64,000 nt of DNA from Gloeobacterales cyanobacterium (GTDB lineage: Bacteria > Cyanobacteriota > Cyanobacteriia > Gloeobacterales > PMM-0068): the NCBI GenBank assembly GCA_038245785.1, contig JBBRSB010000026.1:1-64000 (forward strand). The letters run 5' to 3'. The notes under the pieces are model-generated. The model was given only the letters and a program-made list of their open reading frames with translations, was not told the DNA's origin and did not search any database. Of this stretch, positions 20,383-30,340 are shown piece after piece. Numbering within the stretch: the stretch's first letter is position 1; each line of letters starts with the position of its first letter. The translations under genes and the position numbers were made by a program.

Positions 20383-22584
20383 ATGAGTAACCTTCTCATC
20401 ATTGAATCTGGAGGGAAAAAAGAGACCCTGCGAAAGATCCTGGGGGTGGGCTGGGAGATTCAAGCTTCCGGCGGCCACGTTACGCAACTGGCTAAGGACG
20501 GGCCGGAGAACTTGGGCTTTGTAATCAACGGTCAGAAGATTGATTGCCATTATGAATTGAATGGAGAACGGGGAAAGAGTTCTGTAGAGCGCATTAAAAC
20601 GGCGGTGAGAAGAGCGACTAAAGTTTATCTAGCAACGGACCCAGACCGAGAAGGAGAAGCGATCTCATGGCATCTGGCCCAAACTCTGGGATTAAAGAAT
20701 CCGCAGCGCATTACCTTTACCGAAATCACCCAAGAAGCGGTGCAGAGGGCGCTAGCCAACCCCAGAAGAATTGATGAGAACAAAGTACATGCTCAGCAGG
20801 GCCGCCAATGTTTGGACCGTTTGGTTGGTTTTAAGCTAAGTCCCCTGTTGCAGCGAACGATTCAGGCCCGTAGTGCAGGCAGAGTGCAATCGGCAGCTTT
20901 GCATATTCTTTGTGAGCGAGAACGAGAAATTCAGGAGTTTGAACCTCAAACCTACTGGAATGTCTGGGTTGATTACCTGGAAAGTGAACAATCTGAACAA
21001 ACCTGGCGAGCCTACTTTAAACAGGGGGCTCAAGAGCACGCTGCGGGAGAAGATGAACCGGATGATGCCACTGAAGTAAAGCCCCTTCAGACCTCTGAAT
21101 CAACACGGGTTTTAAGTCAGGAAGAGGCGGAACGATTGGTCCGATTGGCCCGTAGTCAAAGTCATCAAGTAGTACGGGTAGAAGGAAAGATAACGCCAAA
21201 ATCTCCGCCACCGCCGCTGATTACGAGTAGCCTGCAACAGGTCGCTGGCGCCAAGTTGGGATATAAGCCAGAAAAGACCATGGAAATCGCTGAAAAACTT
21301 TACCAGGGTGTGGACTTAGGGGATGGCCCCAAGGGCTTGATTACCTATATGCGCACAGATAGCGTGTCCTTGGCTGCCGAATTTGTAGAAGCGACACGAA
21401 CCTGGCTCGAACAGCATGATCCCAAAAATCTTCCCCCACGCAGAGGGACAGCCCATCGAAATAAAGCAGGTGCACAGGGTGCCCACGAAGCAATTCGTCC
21501 CAGTGATGTGAACTTGACGCCCAAGCAGCTCAAACCCCATTTGACCGGAGAGCAACACGCGGTCTATTCCCTGATTTGGCGCAGAGCCGTGGCGAGTTTG
21601 GTCACTCCCGCACGTTTACGCAAAACCCGCATTCTCACCCAGTCAGGAGATGTGACTTGGGAGGCACGGGGAATGGCTATAGAATTCGCTGGCTACACCC
21701 GCTATTGGGATGATTTAGCTCAGGAGCTGACTCTACCGACTGTGCATCAGGGGCAAGACTTAGCTTTAAAAAACGCAGCTTGGGAGAAAAAACAGACCCA
21801 GCCACCCTCCCGTTATTCAGAACCTAAACTCGTACAACAGATGGACAGGAGAGGGATAGGAAGACCATCAACCTACGCGATAGCTGGAAAAACGCTGCTG
21901 GAACGGGGCTATGTTTCGCTGAAGGGAAAAGTTCTGATTCCCACCGAATTAGGGATGCAGGTAGATAACCTTCTGTCTGAATACTTCCCAGGTCTGGTTG
22001 ATTCCAAATTCACCGCTCAGATGGAAACTACCCTAGACCGGATCGCTGAAGGCAAAGAAGCTTGGGAACGATGGTTAATCAACTGGAATGAAACCTATCT
22101 AGACCCTGCTTTGTCTCGGGCCAAACAACAGGTGGTTGCCCTTCCCAGAAAATCCCGTTCTCCAGAGGTGCCGCTGGAATTATCTAGAGTGCGTTGCCCT
22201 GATTGCACGAAGCCACTGGCTAAAGTCCCTTCTCAGAAAATGAAGAAGAAGTATTTTCTCAAATGCGAACCGTGTGATTTGGTCTTGTTCTGGAGTGACT
22301 TCAAACGCGAATGGCAGAAACCACGGGCAAAAACCGAAGATATTTCTGCTCCTGTAGATGCACCCCTAAAAACAAAATATCCCTGTCCCGTATGTAAAAA
22401 GATAATGTTAGAGGAGTATCACTACGTCAATGCAGAAGGCCAAAAGAAGACCATGTTGCGCTGCTCAGATCCAGAAAAAAGAAAAAATACAAAACATAAA
22501 GGTGTAGCCTTTTTTCAGTCTAAGGGCGTGTGGTGGTCGAAAGAGTATGGTCAGCTTCAACCAGATTCTTCGACAGCAAGCTAG
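20383..22584 (+). CDS. topA: Type IA DNA topoisomerase with C-terminal zinc ribbons
   Basis: TOPRIM LIIES..K and ATDPDREGEAI, SAGRVQS, catalytic LITYMRTD, GIGRPSTY, C-terminal CxxC motifs. Confidence 0.92.
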   Translation: MSNLLIIESGGKKETLRKILGVGWEIQASGGHVTQLAKDGPENLGFVINGQKIDCHYELNGERGKSSVERIKTAVRRATKVYLATDPDREGEAISWHLAQTLGLKNPQRITFTEITQEAVQRALANPRRIDENKVHAQQGRQCLDRLVGFKLSPLLQRTIQARSAGRVQSAALHILCEREREIQEFEPQTYWNVWVDYLESEQSEQTWRAYFKQGAQEHAAGEDEPDDATEVKPLQTSESTRVLSQEEAERLVRLARSQSHQVVRVEGKITPKSPPPPLITSSLQQVAGAKLGYKPEKTMEIAEKLYQGVDLGDGPKGLITYMRTDSVSLAAEFVEATRTWLEQHDPKNLPPRRGTAHRNKAGAQGAHEAIRPSDVNLTPKQLKPHLTGEQHAVYSLIWRRAVASLVTPARLRKTRILTQSGDVTWEARGMAIEFAGYTRYWDDLAQELTLPTVHQGQDLALKNAAWEKKQTQPPSRYSEPKLVQQMDRRGIGRPSTYAIAGKTLLERGYVSLKGKVLIPTELGMQVDNLLSEYFPGLVDSKFTAQMETTLDRIAEGKEAWERWLINWNETYLDPALSRAKQQVVALPRKSRSPEVPLELSRVRCPDCTKPLAKVPSQKMKKKYFLKCEPCDLVLFWSDFKREWQKPRAKTEDISAPVDAPLKTKYPCPVCKKIMLEEYHYVNAEGQKKTMLRCSDPEKRKNTKHKGVAFFQSKGVWWSKEYGQLQPDSSTAS

Positions 22585-22633
22585 TAGAGAGCCCCGTTCT
22601 CCTCCCGTAGCCCTAGCAAGGGAAGGGGATCTT

Positions 22634-23344
22634 CTATCTTGCAATCATGGCGGCGCCGCTTTCTGCTCTGACCCCAATCATTTGGGAGCTATCTCTCAAG
22701 AGGGTCTTCCACAGCCTTGCCCCAACTGCGCTTATCCGCTCGGGCGTCTGTGGAGTGCTATCCCCAGAACCGGGGAAGACCACATAGACAACCCCCTCCG
22801 GAATGCTCTCATTGAGGATGCGTGAACGGCTAGAGTCTTCCCATGGGTTGTGACCTAGCGCCTGATGTAGAGCCAGTGAGCCCTCCCCTGTTAAATCTGA
22901 GGGACCGACATCAGCAAATACGGCGTAGGTTACTTTGCCTCGATAGATAACCGCGCCAATATCCCCTAATCGGATGTTGAATTTTTGGAAAAAACCAGAC
23001 GGCAGGACAAAATAAGGCACTCGTTCGGAGTTAACAGGTCGATCGTCCTCGTAGGTGAGGCTTGTTTCCAGTTGCCCTGGTCCTGGATCTATCTCTAGAG
23101 CTCTGGGGCTGCCATCTGCATCGATATCCATATCTGAGTCGATGTAGACGGGTCCCGTTTTGAGCTTGAATATTTTGGCCGTCGTTGTAGTATCCCCTGT
23201 AAATCTCTGTCGAACGGGAACCGCTCCTTCGAGAATAGGCTGTAGCATTTGCCTTGAAGGAGCTGGAGGAAGGTATGGTTCTTGTTTCGCGACAGCGGGC
23301 AGACTAATACTAAGACTGAGTAGAAAATAAACAATCCGTTTCAT
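22634..23344 (-). CDS. Secreted glycoside hydrolase family 75 (chitosanase-like)
   Basis: Signal peptide, DMDIDADG, VPYFVLP, LGDIGAV, YAVFADVGP..GEGS.AL, YVVFPGS. Confidence 0.8.
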   Translation of the reverse strand: MKRIVYFLLSLSISLPAVAKQEPYLPPAPSRQMLQPILEGAVPVRQRFTGDTTTTAKIFKLKTGPVYIDSDMDIDADGSPRALEIDPGPGQLETSLTYEDDRPVNSERVPYFVLPSGFFQKFNIRLGDIGAVIYRGKVTYAVFADVGPSDLTGEGSLALHQALGHNPWEDSSRSRILNESIPEGVVYVVFPGSGDSTPQTPERISAVGARLWKTLLRDSSQMIGVRAESGAAMIAR

Positions 23345-23592
23345 ATTTTGGCTCGAACCTTACGTACTTATGGGGTTTAACAGAATCTTCCTCACTTCCC
23401 TAGAGATGATTTTTTATCTCCAAGAGTTCCAGCGGTTAGAAGCCTTGTAGTATCACAGTCTGAGAGGCGGCATAAAGTAGTATTCCTCAGAAGACAAAAT
23501 AATACCAAAAGAATTTGGAGGGACCTCCCCGCTAACAATCTATGCAAAAAGCGAAAGCGCTGTTGGCGGCTTTAAGCTAAAGGGGTAATCCG

Positions 23593-24699
23593 ATGAATAA
23601 GATTGAGCATAGCAACATGGTGAAGATTCTCCAGGGACAAGCGGTCGCCCTGTTTGCTTTTGATATCGGCTACGAAGTTTCTTTGGAGCAAGTGCGCAGT
23701 TTGCTCTCGTCTATCCCAATTCAGCCAATCTCCCGCAAAAAAAAGACCCCCAACTATCTGCAATATACAAAACCACCCCAAGTGCTCAACCTGGGAGGAA
23801 CTGATGCCTTTCCCGGTCGTCTTGGCCAAATTCAAGCAACGGTATTTGACTTTGGAGCGATCAGTATCGCCTATCGCTGGTCTTTATCCGGATATGCTTT
23901 GGGGGATCTACCTGGACTGAGTCAAGACCTCTACAGCTGTGATTTAGAAGAACACGCTAAGGCACAGGTCAAAACTCTAATCCAAAAAATCTATCCAGCT
24001 ATTATCCGCCCTGAATTATCAACTTTAATTGAAGATTATTATGTGTTCGTTCTAGAAAAATTAGAGACTACTTTAAAGGCCCAGGATTTATTAGGCCAGC
24101 ATTGCTCAACCTTAGCGCAAATGCTCCACTTTGACACGCAAATGCTAAGTCAGGAACAGCAGGAGGAATCCCTTAATCAAGCTATTTCCTACTATACAAG
24201 TGATTTAGTCTTGGTTGATTGGAATGCAGCTTTAATCTATGATCAAGATTATGTAGATACCTTGAATATCTTAGAACTACTCAATGTCGAGCTATTAGAA
24301 GCCCGTTATATCGATGCTCAACTGGACCAACGTTTAAAAAACTACGAAGGCATCGTACAGAAACCCACTGAATGGCCTCTTCCTTTGAGTACACCCTATC
24401 GCAAGGCCATTGAAGATTTGGCAGAATTGCGTATTGAGTTTTCTCTACTGTCAGAGCGGGTAGACAATTCATTGAAACTTATTGGAGACCTCTATCTTGC
24501 CCGAGTTCACAATGCTGCTAGCAAACAATTTCATCTGCAAGATTGGGGAAAGGCGATTGCTCGAAAGCTAGATATTATTGATGATTTATATCAATTGCTG
24601 AGTGACAGGGCCAATCATGCCCAGAGTCAGGCATTAGAGTTAATTATCATTGGCCTGATTTTGATTGAGATTTTGATGACGCTACTTTTCCGTGGCTAG
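23593..24699 (+). CDS. Hypothetical protein with C-terminal membrane helix (RMD1/CorA-like tail)
   Basis: 368-aa ORF with FAFDIG, DLVLVDWNAA and GDLYLARV motifs, ending LELIIIGLILIEIL. Confidence 0.65.
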   Translation: MNKIEHSNMVKILQGQAVALFAFDIGYEVSLEQVRSLLSSIPIQPISRKKKTPNYLQYTKPPQVLNLGGTDAFPGRLGQIQATVFDFGAISIAYRWSLSGYALGDLPGLSQDLYSCDLEEHAKAQVKTLIQKIYPAIIRPELSTLIEDYYVFVLEKLETTLKAQDLLGQHCSTLAQMLHFDTQMLSQEQQEESLNQAISYYTSDLVLVDWNAALIYDQDYVDTLNILELLNVELLEARYIDAQLDQRLKNYEGIVQKPTEWPLPLSTPYRKAIEDLAELRIEFSLLSERVDNSLKLIGDLYLARVHNAASKQFHLQDWGKAIARKLDIIDDLYQLLSDRANHAQSQALELIIIGLILIEILMTLLFRG

Positions 24700-24757
24700 G
24701 CTACGCTAGCTTTTGTAAGGGATCAGTATTTCTTGCTTAAGAAGGTGGAAGACCTAC

Positions 24758-25381
24758 ATGGATACCCTCTCACTGATTAAACAGCGCATATCAGCCAACA
24801 ACTTCGATACTACTAAGACGCTTTCCGAAGATGAAATTAAAGAACTGGTTTTCTATGCAACCCAGGCTCCTTCTTCTTTTAACCTGCAGCACTGGCGCTT
24901 TGTGGCAGTCACCGAACCTGCCGCCAAAGAACGATTAAAGGCCGTAGCCTTTAACCAGCAAAAAGTTGTAGATGCCGCTGTCACCTTCATTGTTTTGGGA
25001 GATCTGGCTGGTCATCTAAAATTGCCAGACATCCTCAGTCGTTCGGTGCAGGAAGGTATTATTGCCCAGGATCTCGCGGATACCTGGGTGGAGATGGCAG
25101 ACCAGATGTCGGCCAATGCCTTGATGGCGCGAGATGAGGCTATTCGTTCTGCTTCTTTGGCCGCGATGACCCTGATGATAGCTGCTGAGGCAAAAGGGCT
25201 AGTCAGTGGCCCCATGATTGGCTTTGACCCCATAGGCGTAAAGCGTGAATTCAATATCTCAGAACACTATGTCCCTGTGATGTTAGTCACTGTCGGCTAT
25301 GCGGCACCAGGAAATTGGCCGCGCAAACCACGTCTGCACGTAGATGAAGTACTCGCTTTTCAGGAGGGACATGAGTTTTAA
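24758..25381 (+). CDS. Nitroreductase family protein
   Basis: [23 protein letters not shown]. Confidence 0.92.
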   Translation: MDTLSLIKQRISANNFDTTKTLSEDEIKELVFYATQAPSSFNLQHWRFVAVTEPAAKERLKAVAFNQQKVVDAAVTFIVLGDLAGHLKLPDILSRSVQEGIIAQDLADTWVEMADQMSANALMARDEAIRSASLAAMTLMIAAEAKGLVSGPMIGFDPIGVKREFNISEHYVPVMLVTVGYAAPGNWPRKPRLHVDEVLAFQEGHEF

Positions 25382-25442
25382 GTGATCGTCCTCTTTGTAA
25401 TATAGATATGGGTTTCTAAACCAGAGCCCAAGAGGAGAGGAC

Positions 25443-25979
25443 ATGGCCCAAAATTGGAAACGGTGGATGCTCTCTGGAGGAGTAGCTTTAGGGGTATCGA
25501 CTTTGGGCCTGGGCTATACGCGGGTATTAGCTCAAAGCAAGAGTTTGGAAGGTGGGGTCAAAACGGAAGAAGCCACCCCAGAGCCGATTCTTGAGAAGTA
25601 TCAATTGTCGGCGGAACTATACTCTAAAAACTGTAGTAGCTGCCATGTCCCAATTCCTCCCCAGGTTTTCCCTTCCGATACCTGGCAGCAGCTCTTGACC
25701 CAACCAGAGCACTATGGAGTGTCCCTGAAACAGATGCGGGGGCCAGAATTAAAGCTAATTTATCTCTATTTGAAAGACTATTCCAGAGGCGTGAAAGAAA
25801 AAGAAGCGGTTCCCCTGTACTTCTCTGAATCTCGATATTTCAAGGCGCTGCATCCGAAAGTAGATTTGCCAGACCCCGTAGACACGGCCAGTTGCCTGGA
25901 ATGTCATCCATCAGCACGCCAAAATAATTACCGAGTATTGAGTGAGAGTTATCTGAAGACGGAGGCGGGTGGTAAGTAA
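25443..25979 (+). CDS. Diheme cytochrome c (DHC family), exported
   Basis: Signal peptide, two CxxCH motifs (CSSCH, CLECH) and a HYG motif. Confidence 0.85.
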   Translation: MAQNWKRWMLSGGVALGVSTLGLGYTRVLAQSKSLEGGVKTEEATPEPILEKYQLSAELYSKNCSSCHVPIPPQVFPSDTWQQLLTQPEHYGVSLKQMRGPELKLIYLYLKDYSRGVKEKEAVPLYFSESRYFKALHPKVDLPDPVDTASCLECHPSARQNNYRVLSESYLKTEAGGK

Positions 25980-26119
25980 GCCTATCTAAAGTGATTTGTG
26001 CTTCACTCTCCCTAAGCGTTTACCCTGTTCGCGCAGCGTCTTGCCCGCTGCGTCGAGGGGTTGCGTCCCCAACGAGTTCGGCTACAGTGAAGATAGATTA
26101 CAAAATGTCATAAATCCTC

Positions 26120-27688
26120 ATGCTTCCCTATTCAGAGCGTGTTCTCTATGTCCGTCTCCCCTGCAATCCCATCTTCCCAATTGGGGTTGTCTATCTAGCG
26201 GACCATGTGCATAAACAATTTCCTGGTATTGAACAGGAAATTTGTGACTTGGGGGTAGTCCCTCCCCTGGATTATCAAAAGTTTCTTGACCAGAAAATAG
26301 ACCAATTCAAACCAACGCTTTTAGTTTACTCCTGGCGCGACATTCAGCTCTATGCTCCTGTGGATGGCAGGGGTGGAAATCCGCTCCAAAACTCATTCCA
26401 GTTTTACTATTCATCCAATCTTTTGGAGAAAGTTCAAGGAGCCTTTGGTAGTCTGCGATTGGTCACTGATTACTATACGGAACTATGGCGTAATCTGGGA
26501 CTGATTAAACACGGTTATTATCGAGCCAAAGAGTTTTGTCCTAAAGCCCGTTTGATGTTGGGCGGTGGAGCGGTAAGTGTCTTTTATGAGCAGCTTGGTG
26601 CTAGTTTGCCCTACGGTACTATAGTCTCTGTAGGAGAAGGGGAAGTCCTGCTCGAAAAGATTATTCGCCATGAGTCCTTAGCTAAAGAACGTTGTTATAT
26701 TGCCCATCAAGAAAAGCCACGTCCTCATTTAGTGGATGAATTGCCTGCACCTGTCGAAAAGACTGCGACAAACTATGACTATATCGAGACCATTTGGCCA
26801 GAATTCAGCTACTATATGGATGGAGATTTCTATATCGGTGTCCAGACCAAACGCGGGTGCCCTCACAACTGTATCTACTGTATCTATACTGTCATTGAAG
26901 GAAAGAAAGTTCGGGTTAATGAAGCTGATGAAATAGTTGCCGAAATGCGCCAGCTCTATGACCGTGGCATTCGCAATTTCTGGTTTACAGACGCACAGTT
27001 TATTCCCTCTAAGAAGTATATTCCAGGCGTAATTGAGCTTCTTGAGAAGATTAAAGCCTCTGGGATGAATGATATCCATTGGGCGGCGTACATTCGAGCA
27101 GACAATGTTACGCCTGAAGTAGCGAAGCTGATGGTAGAAACAGGGATGAACTATTTTGAGATTGGCATTACTTCCGGTTCTCAAAAGCTAGTGCGTAAGA
27201 TGCGTTTAGGCTACAACCTCCGGGTTGTTTTAGAAAACTGTCAGGCGCTTAAAGATGCTGGTTATGATGACATCGTTTCAGTCAACTATTCCTTCAATGT
27301 CATTGATGAGTCGGACCAGACTATCCGGGAAACCATTGCCTACCATCGAGCCTTAGAAGAAATCTTTGGGGCTGACAAGGTAGAACCAGCGATCTTCTTT
27401 ATTGGCTTACAGCCGCATACAGGTTTGGAAGAATATGCCTTCAAGCAAGAAGTTATTCGTCCAGGCTATGACCCGATGAGCATGATGCCTTGGGATGCCC
27501 GTAAATTCCTTTGGAATCCGGGTGAGATGGGTTCTTACTTCGGGGAAGTCTGCTTAGAAGCATTTCGCTCCAATCCCCAGGATTTTGGACGAGAAGTGAT
27601 GCGGATTCTAGAGAAAAAGTTGGGTCGTGCAGACCTGGCAGAAGCCCTAGTAGCTCCTGTGGAACTGGAACCAGCTTTAGCGCGCTAG
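26120..27688 (+). CDS. Radical SAM protein, photosystem II high-light acclimation family (Slr0320-like)
   Basis: RLPCNPIFPIGVVYLADH and CPHNCIYC (CxxxCxxC). Confidence 0.9.
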   Translation: MLPYSERVLYVRLPCNPIFPIGVVYLADHVHKQFPGIEQEICDLGVVPPLDYQKFLDQKIDQFKPTLLVYSWRDIQLYAPVDGRGGNPLQNSFQFYYSSNLLEKVQGAFGSLRLVTDYYTELWRNLGLIKHGYYRAKEFCPKARLMLGGGAVSVFYEQLGASLPYGTIVSVGEGEVLLEKIIRHESLAKERCYIAHQEKPRPHLVDELPAPVEKTATNYDYIETIWPEFSYYMDGDFYIGVQTKRGCPHNCIYCIYTVIEGKKVRVNEADEIVAEMRQLYDRGIRNFWFTDAQFIPSKKYIPGVIELLEKIKASGMNDIHWAAYIRADNVTPEVAKLMVETGMNYFEIGITSGSQKLVRKMRLGYNLRVVLENCQALKDAGYDDIVSVNYSFNVIDESDQTIRETIAYHRALEEIFGADKVEPAIFFIGLQPHTGLEEYAFKQEVIRPGYDPMSMMPWDARKFLWNPGEMGSYFGEVCLEAFRSNPQDFGREVMRILEKKLGRADLAEALVAPVELEPALAR

Positions 27689-27746
27689 TAGATTCATGGT
27701 CAGAGAGGGACTATATTGTTTCCTCTGACCCTCTAGGCGTGTTTCT

Positions 27747-28763
27747 ATGACTTTTCCTATCGGCATTAATGGCTTTGGTCGCATTGGTCGTATGTTCTTG
27801 CGGGCATTGTTGGCTCGTCAATCTGACCTGGAAGTGGTTGCAGTCAACGATCTTACTTCCCCCGATAATCTGGCTTACCTACTCAAATACGACTCGGTCC
27901 ATGGTCCCTTCAAAGGCACGGTGGAGGTCGATGGCAATGACCTGGTCGTCAACGGCAAGAAAATCAAAGTCCTGTCCAAAAGAGACCCGGCAGAACTGGG
28001 CTGGGGTGACTTAGACATACCGCTCGTTGTAGAGTCCACCGGATTTTTCACCAAGAGGGAAGGGGCGGCAAAGCATATAGAAGCAGGAACGAAGGTTGTC
28101 CTGATCAGTGCTCCGGCTACCGACCCAGACCTAACCGTTGTACCCGGTGTCAATGACCATGCTTGGGATGCTGGGAAACACCGCATTATTTCTGTGGCTT
28201 CTTGTACCACCAATGCTTCTGCTCCGCCCGTAGAAGTCCTGCACCGCCACTTTGGTGTAGAGAAAGCACTGCTTAACACGGTTCATGCCTACACCAGTAC
28301 TCAGGCTGTGCTTGATAGTCCTGGAGGCAAAGGAGATTTCCGCCGAGGTAGAGCAGCAGTTGAAAGTATCATTCCGGCTAGTACAGGAGCGGCCAAAGCC
28401 ATTGCCCTGGTTTTACCGGAACTGAAAGGAAAACTGGACGGCCTCGCGGTACGGGTCCCCGTGCCCGATGGCTCTCTAGTAGATATTACAGGAACGCTAG
28501 AAAAGCCCGTTACGGTGGAAGCCCTACACGCGGTCTTCAAAGAAGAAGCGGCCTCCAGTCGTTATAAAGGCATCTTGGCCCTCAGCGAAGAGCCCTTAGT
28601 ATCCTGCGATATCATCGGCACGACCTATTCCAGCATTATCGACGCCACCTCGACGATGGTATTGGGCGACCGTTTCTTTAAGATTCTGGCCTGGTACGAC
28701 AACGAATATGGTTATGCTAACCGCGTGGTCGATATGGCCGAACGGTATGCCAAAGCGATGTAA
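27747..28763 (+). CDS. gap: Type I glyceraldehyde-3-phosphate dehydrogenase
   Basis: GINGFGRIGR, ASCTTN, STGAAKA, WYDNEYGY. Confidence 0.97.
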   Translation: MTFPIGINGFGRIGRMFLRALLARQSDLEVVAVNDLTSPDNLAYLLKYDSVHGPFKGTVEVDGNDLVVNGKKIKVLSKRDPAELGWGDLDIPLVVESTGFFTKREGAAKHIEAGTKVVLISAPATDPDLTVVPGVNDHAWDAGKHRIISVASCTTNASAPPVEVLHRHFGVEKALLNTVHAYTSTQAVLDSPGGKGDFRRGRAAVESIIPASTGAAKAIALVLPELKGKLDGLAVRVPVPDGSLVDITGTLEKPVTVEALHAVFKEEAASSRYKGILALSEEPLVSCDIIGTTYSSIIDATSTMVLGDRFFKILAWYDNEYGYANRVVDMAERYAKAM

Positions 28764-28789
28764 CCCCAATTCATATACCGATAGCAACC

Positions 28790-28815
28790 TAGAGACGCAA
28801 GACCTTGCGTCTCTA
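28790..28815. repeat. REP-like hairpin (GTAG-type)
   Basis: TAGAGACGCAAG-AC-CTTGCGTCTCTA has perfect 12-bp arms and lies just downstream of gap. Confidence 0.75.
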
Positions 28816-28833
28816 CTAATGCGCATCAGACCA

Positions 28834-29073
28834 TTAATGCAAGAAGTGACGAATTCCAGTGAGGACCATGACCAAACCAAGTTCATCACAGGCCATAGCC
28901 TGAAGTAGCGCTGTAATATAGAGAGTACAAAGAAGAATTAGCGCATGACGATTGAAATTAAAATGCCCCCGGAGCTGGAACGCCAGTTACAGCAAGCGGC
29001 AGAGCAAGCTGGCGTTACACCAGATATGTACGTTGTTCATCTCCTGCAGCAGGATCTCAAGCAGTCCCATCCC
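28834..29073 (+). repeat. 240-bp direct repeat, copy A (purH 3'-end copy + spacer + antitoxin 5' half)
   Basis: Colinear with 33323..33562. The first ~60 bp match the purH end at 37586..37645. Confidence 0.92.
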
Positions 29074-29175
29074 AATCTACTTGTTCGCAAACCAAATCTT
29101 CATCCGGGGGCATTTGTGCTCAGTGATGATTTTGATGAACCGCTGCCTGATAGTTTTTGGTTAGGAGAAGCATGA
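28945..29175 (+). CDS. Antitoxin (DUF2281-like C-terminus) of a VapBC-type module
   Basis: C-terminus RKPNLHPGAFVLSDDFDEPLPDSFWLGE. Its stop overlaps the ATG of the PIN gene. Confidence 0.8.
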   Translation: MTIEIKMPPELERQLQQAAEQAGVTPDMYVVHLLQQDLKQSHPNLLVRKPNLHPGAFVLSDDFDEPLPDSFWLGEA

Positions 29176-29558
29176 AGCTTCTGCTAGATACGCACACCTT
29201 TATGTAGTGGGACAGTGATACCAGCCGTATTCCACCAGAAACACTCTCCATAATGCAGCAATCTGACACTCAGCTTTTAGCCAGTCTTGTTAGTCTGTGG
29301 GAAGTCCAAATTAAAACTCAAATCGGCAAACTAACCTTGAAAGCTCCTCTTGCCGAAATTATTGCCCACCAGCAGACTGAAAATGGAATTATCCTACTTC
29401 CGATTACCCTGCCGCATATCCTGGAGCTTGATAACCTACCTCAACATCACAAAGATCCATTCGATCGATTGCTGATTGCTCAATGCCGTAGCGAGTCTGC
29501 AACATTAGTCAGCCGTGATCTGATTTTCAAACAATATGACTGCCCACTGCTCTGGTAA
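29172..29558 (+). pseudogene. VapC/PIN toxin with premature amber stop
   Basis: MKLLLDTHTFM*WD (TAG at 29205-29207) continues in frame to SLWEVQIK..GKL and HHKDPFDRLLIAQ. Confidence 0.88.
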
Positions 29559-29634
29559 GTCACGATTAAAGTTAGTCTTGATTAGCAACAATTGCCTCCG
29601 CCTATGGGTATTGAAACTTCCATCTGCGACAACA

Positions 29635-29870
29635 CCCTCAGCGAAGAGCCCTTAAGTGGGTCAACCTTGAAAAAGATGGCATTGCTTGAGCTGGAACTCT
29701 CTCGGGGAGAGGCATTCTTGAAGAACTGTACTATATTTAATCTGGCCCACCCACTTAATATCCTGCGATATCATCGGTACGGCCTATTCCAGCATTATCG
29801 ATGCACCTCGACGATGGAGTTGGATGACCGTTTCTTCAAGATTTTGGCCTGGTACGTCAAAGCGATGTGA
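29635..29870 (+). pseudogene. Degenerate duplicate of the gap 3' end
   Basis: Matches gap 28579..28763 (ccctcagcgaagagccctta...atcctgcgatatcatcgg...ggcctggtacg...caaagcgatgt) with substitutions, a deletion and an insertion. Confidence 0.9.
29655..29755. mobile_element. 101-bp MITE-like insertion
   Basis: Interrupts the gap copy. It has 7-bp TIRs AGTGGGT/ACCCACT and TA on both sides. Confidence 0.7.
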
Positions 29871-29948
29871 GGATAATGAATAGTCGTTATAAAAGAGCGG
29901 GCTGAATTTTTGTCTTAAAACCCCTCTTTGTTTATCAGAAAATCATCC

Positions 29949-30212
29949 TTAACTAATAATTTCTGTCTTATATTTTTTGAGATCTACTATTTCTGTATTA
30001 CCAACCCTCGTTGGGATGCCTTCGCACTTTGTAATTTTTACAATAAGAGTATTACTATCAACGGGAACTTAGAGTATTTCAGCTTCATATGTCCCATCTA
30101 CAGAGCCAGCAGGGTGAGGAATCTCTACTCCCGACAGGAAAGTTTCTTTATTTATAAATGGTATGGCTATAACTTCATTGTCTACCCGAATCAAATCTCC
30201 GACTTTATACAC
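29949..30212 (-). pseudogene. Small hypothetical gene with internal stop
   Basis: GAGGA RBS + GTG; MYKVGDLIRVDNE...AEIL*VPVDSNTLIVKITKCEG...TEIIS*, with an in-frame TAA at 30069-30071. Confidence 0.5.
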
Positions 30213-30340
30213 TTTTCTATTCCTCAACAAACGAATTTAGCATAGTTTTGAAAAAGATGTTATTTCATGAAGACTTGATGTGTTTTTTGTAAAAACTTTC
30301 TCTAGATCATCACCTGAATTGTGTCCTCAGCCGTGAGAGA

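Noticed and set aside
29205..29207. Programmed amber read-through in the PIN toxin
   Set aside because: A single TGG-to-TAG mutation is simpler, and there is no evidence of recoding machinery in the window.
29592..29870. 92-aa ORF as a real gene
   Set aside because: It is a chimera of the gap 3' copy and the MITE, with a TTG start.
29928..30245. 105-aa plus-strand ORF
   Set aside because: Phe/Tyr-rich with a TTG start; the opposite strand carries a more plausible, interrupted gene with an RBS.
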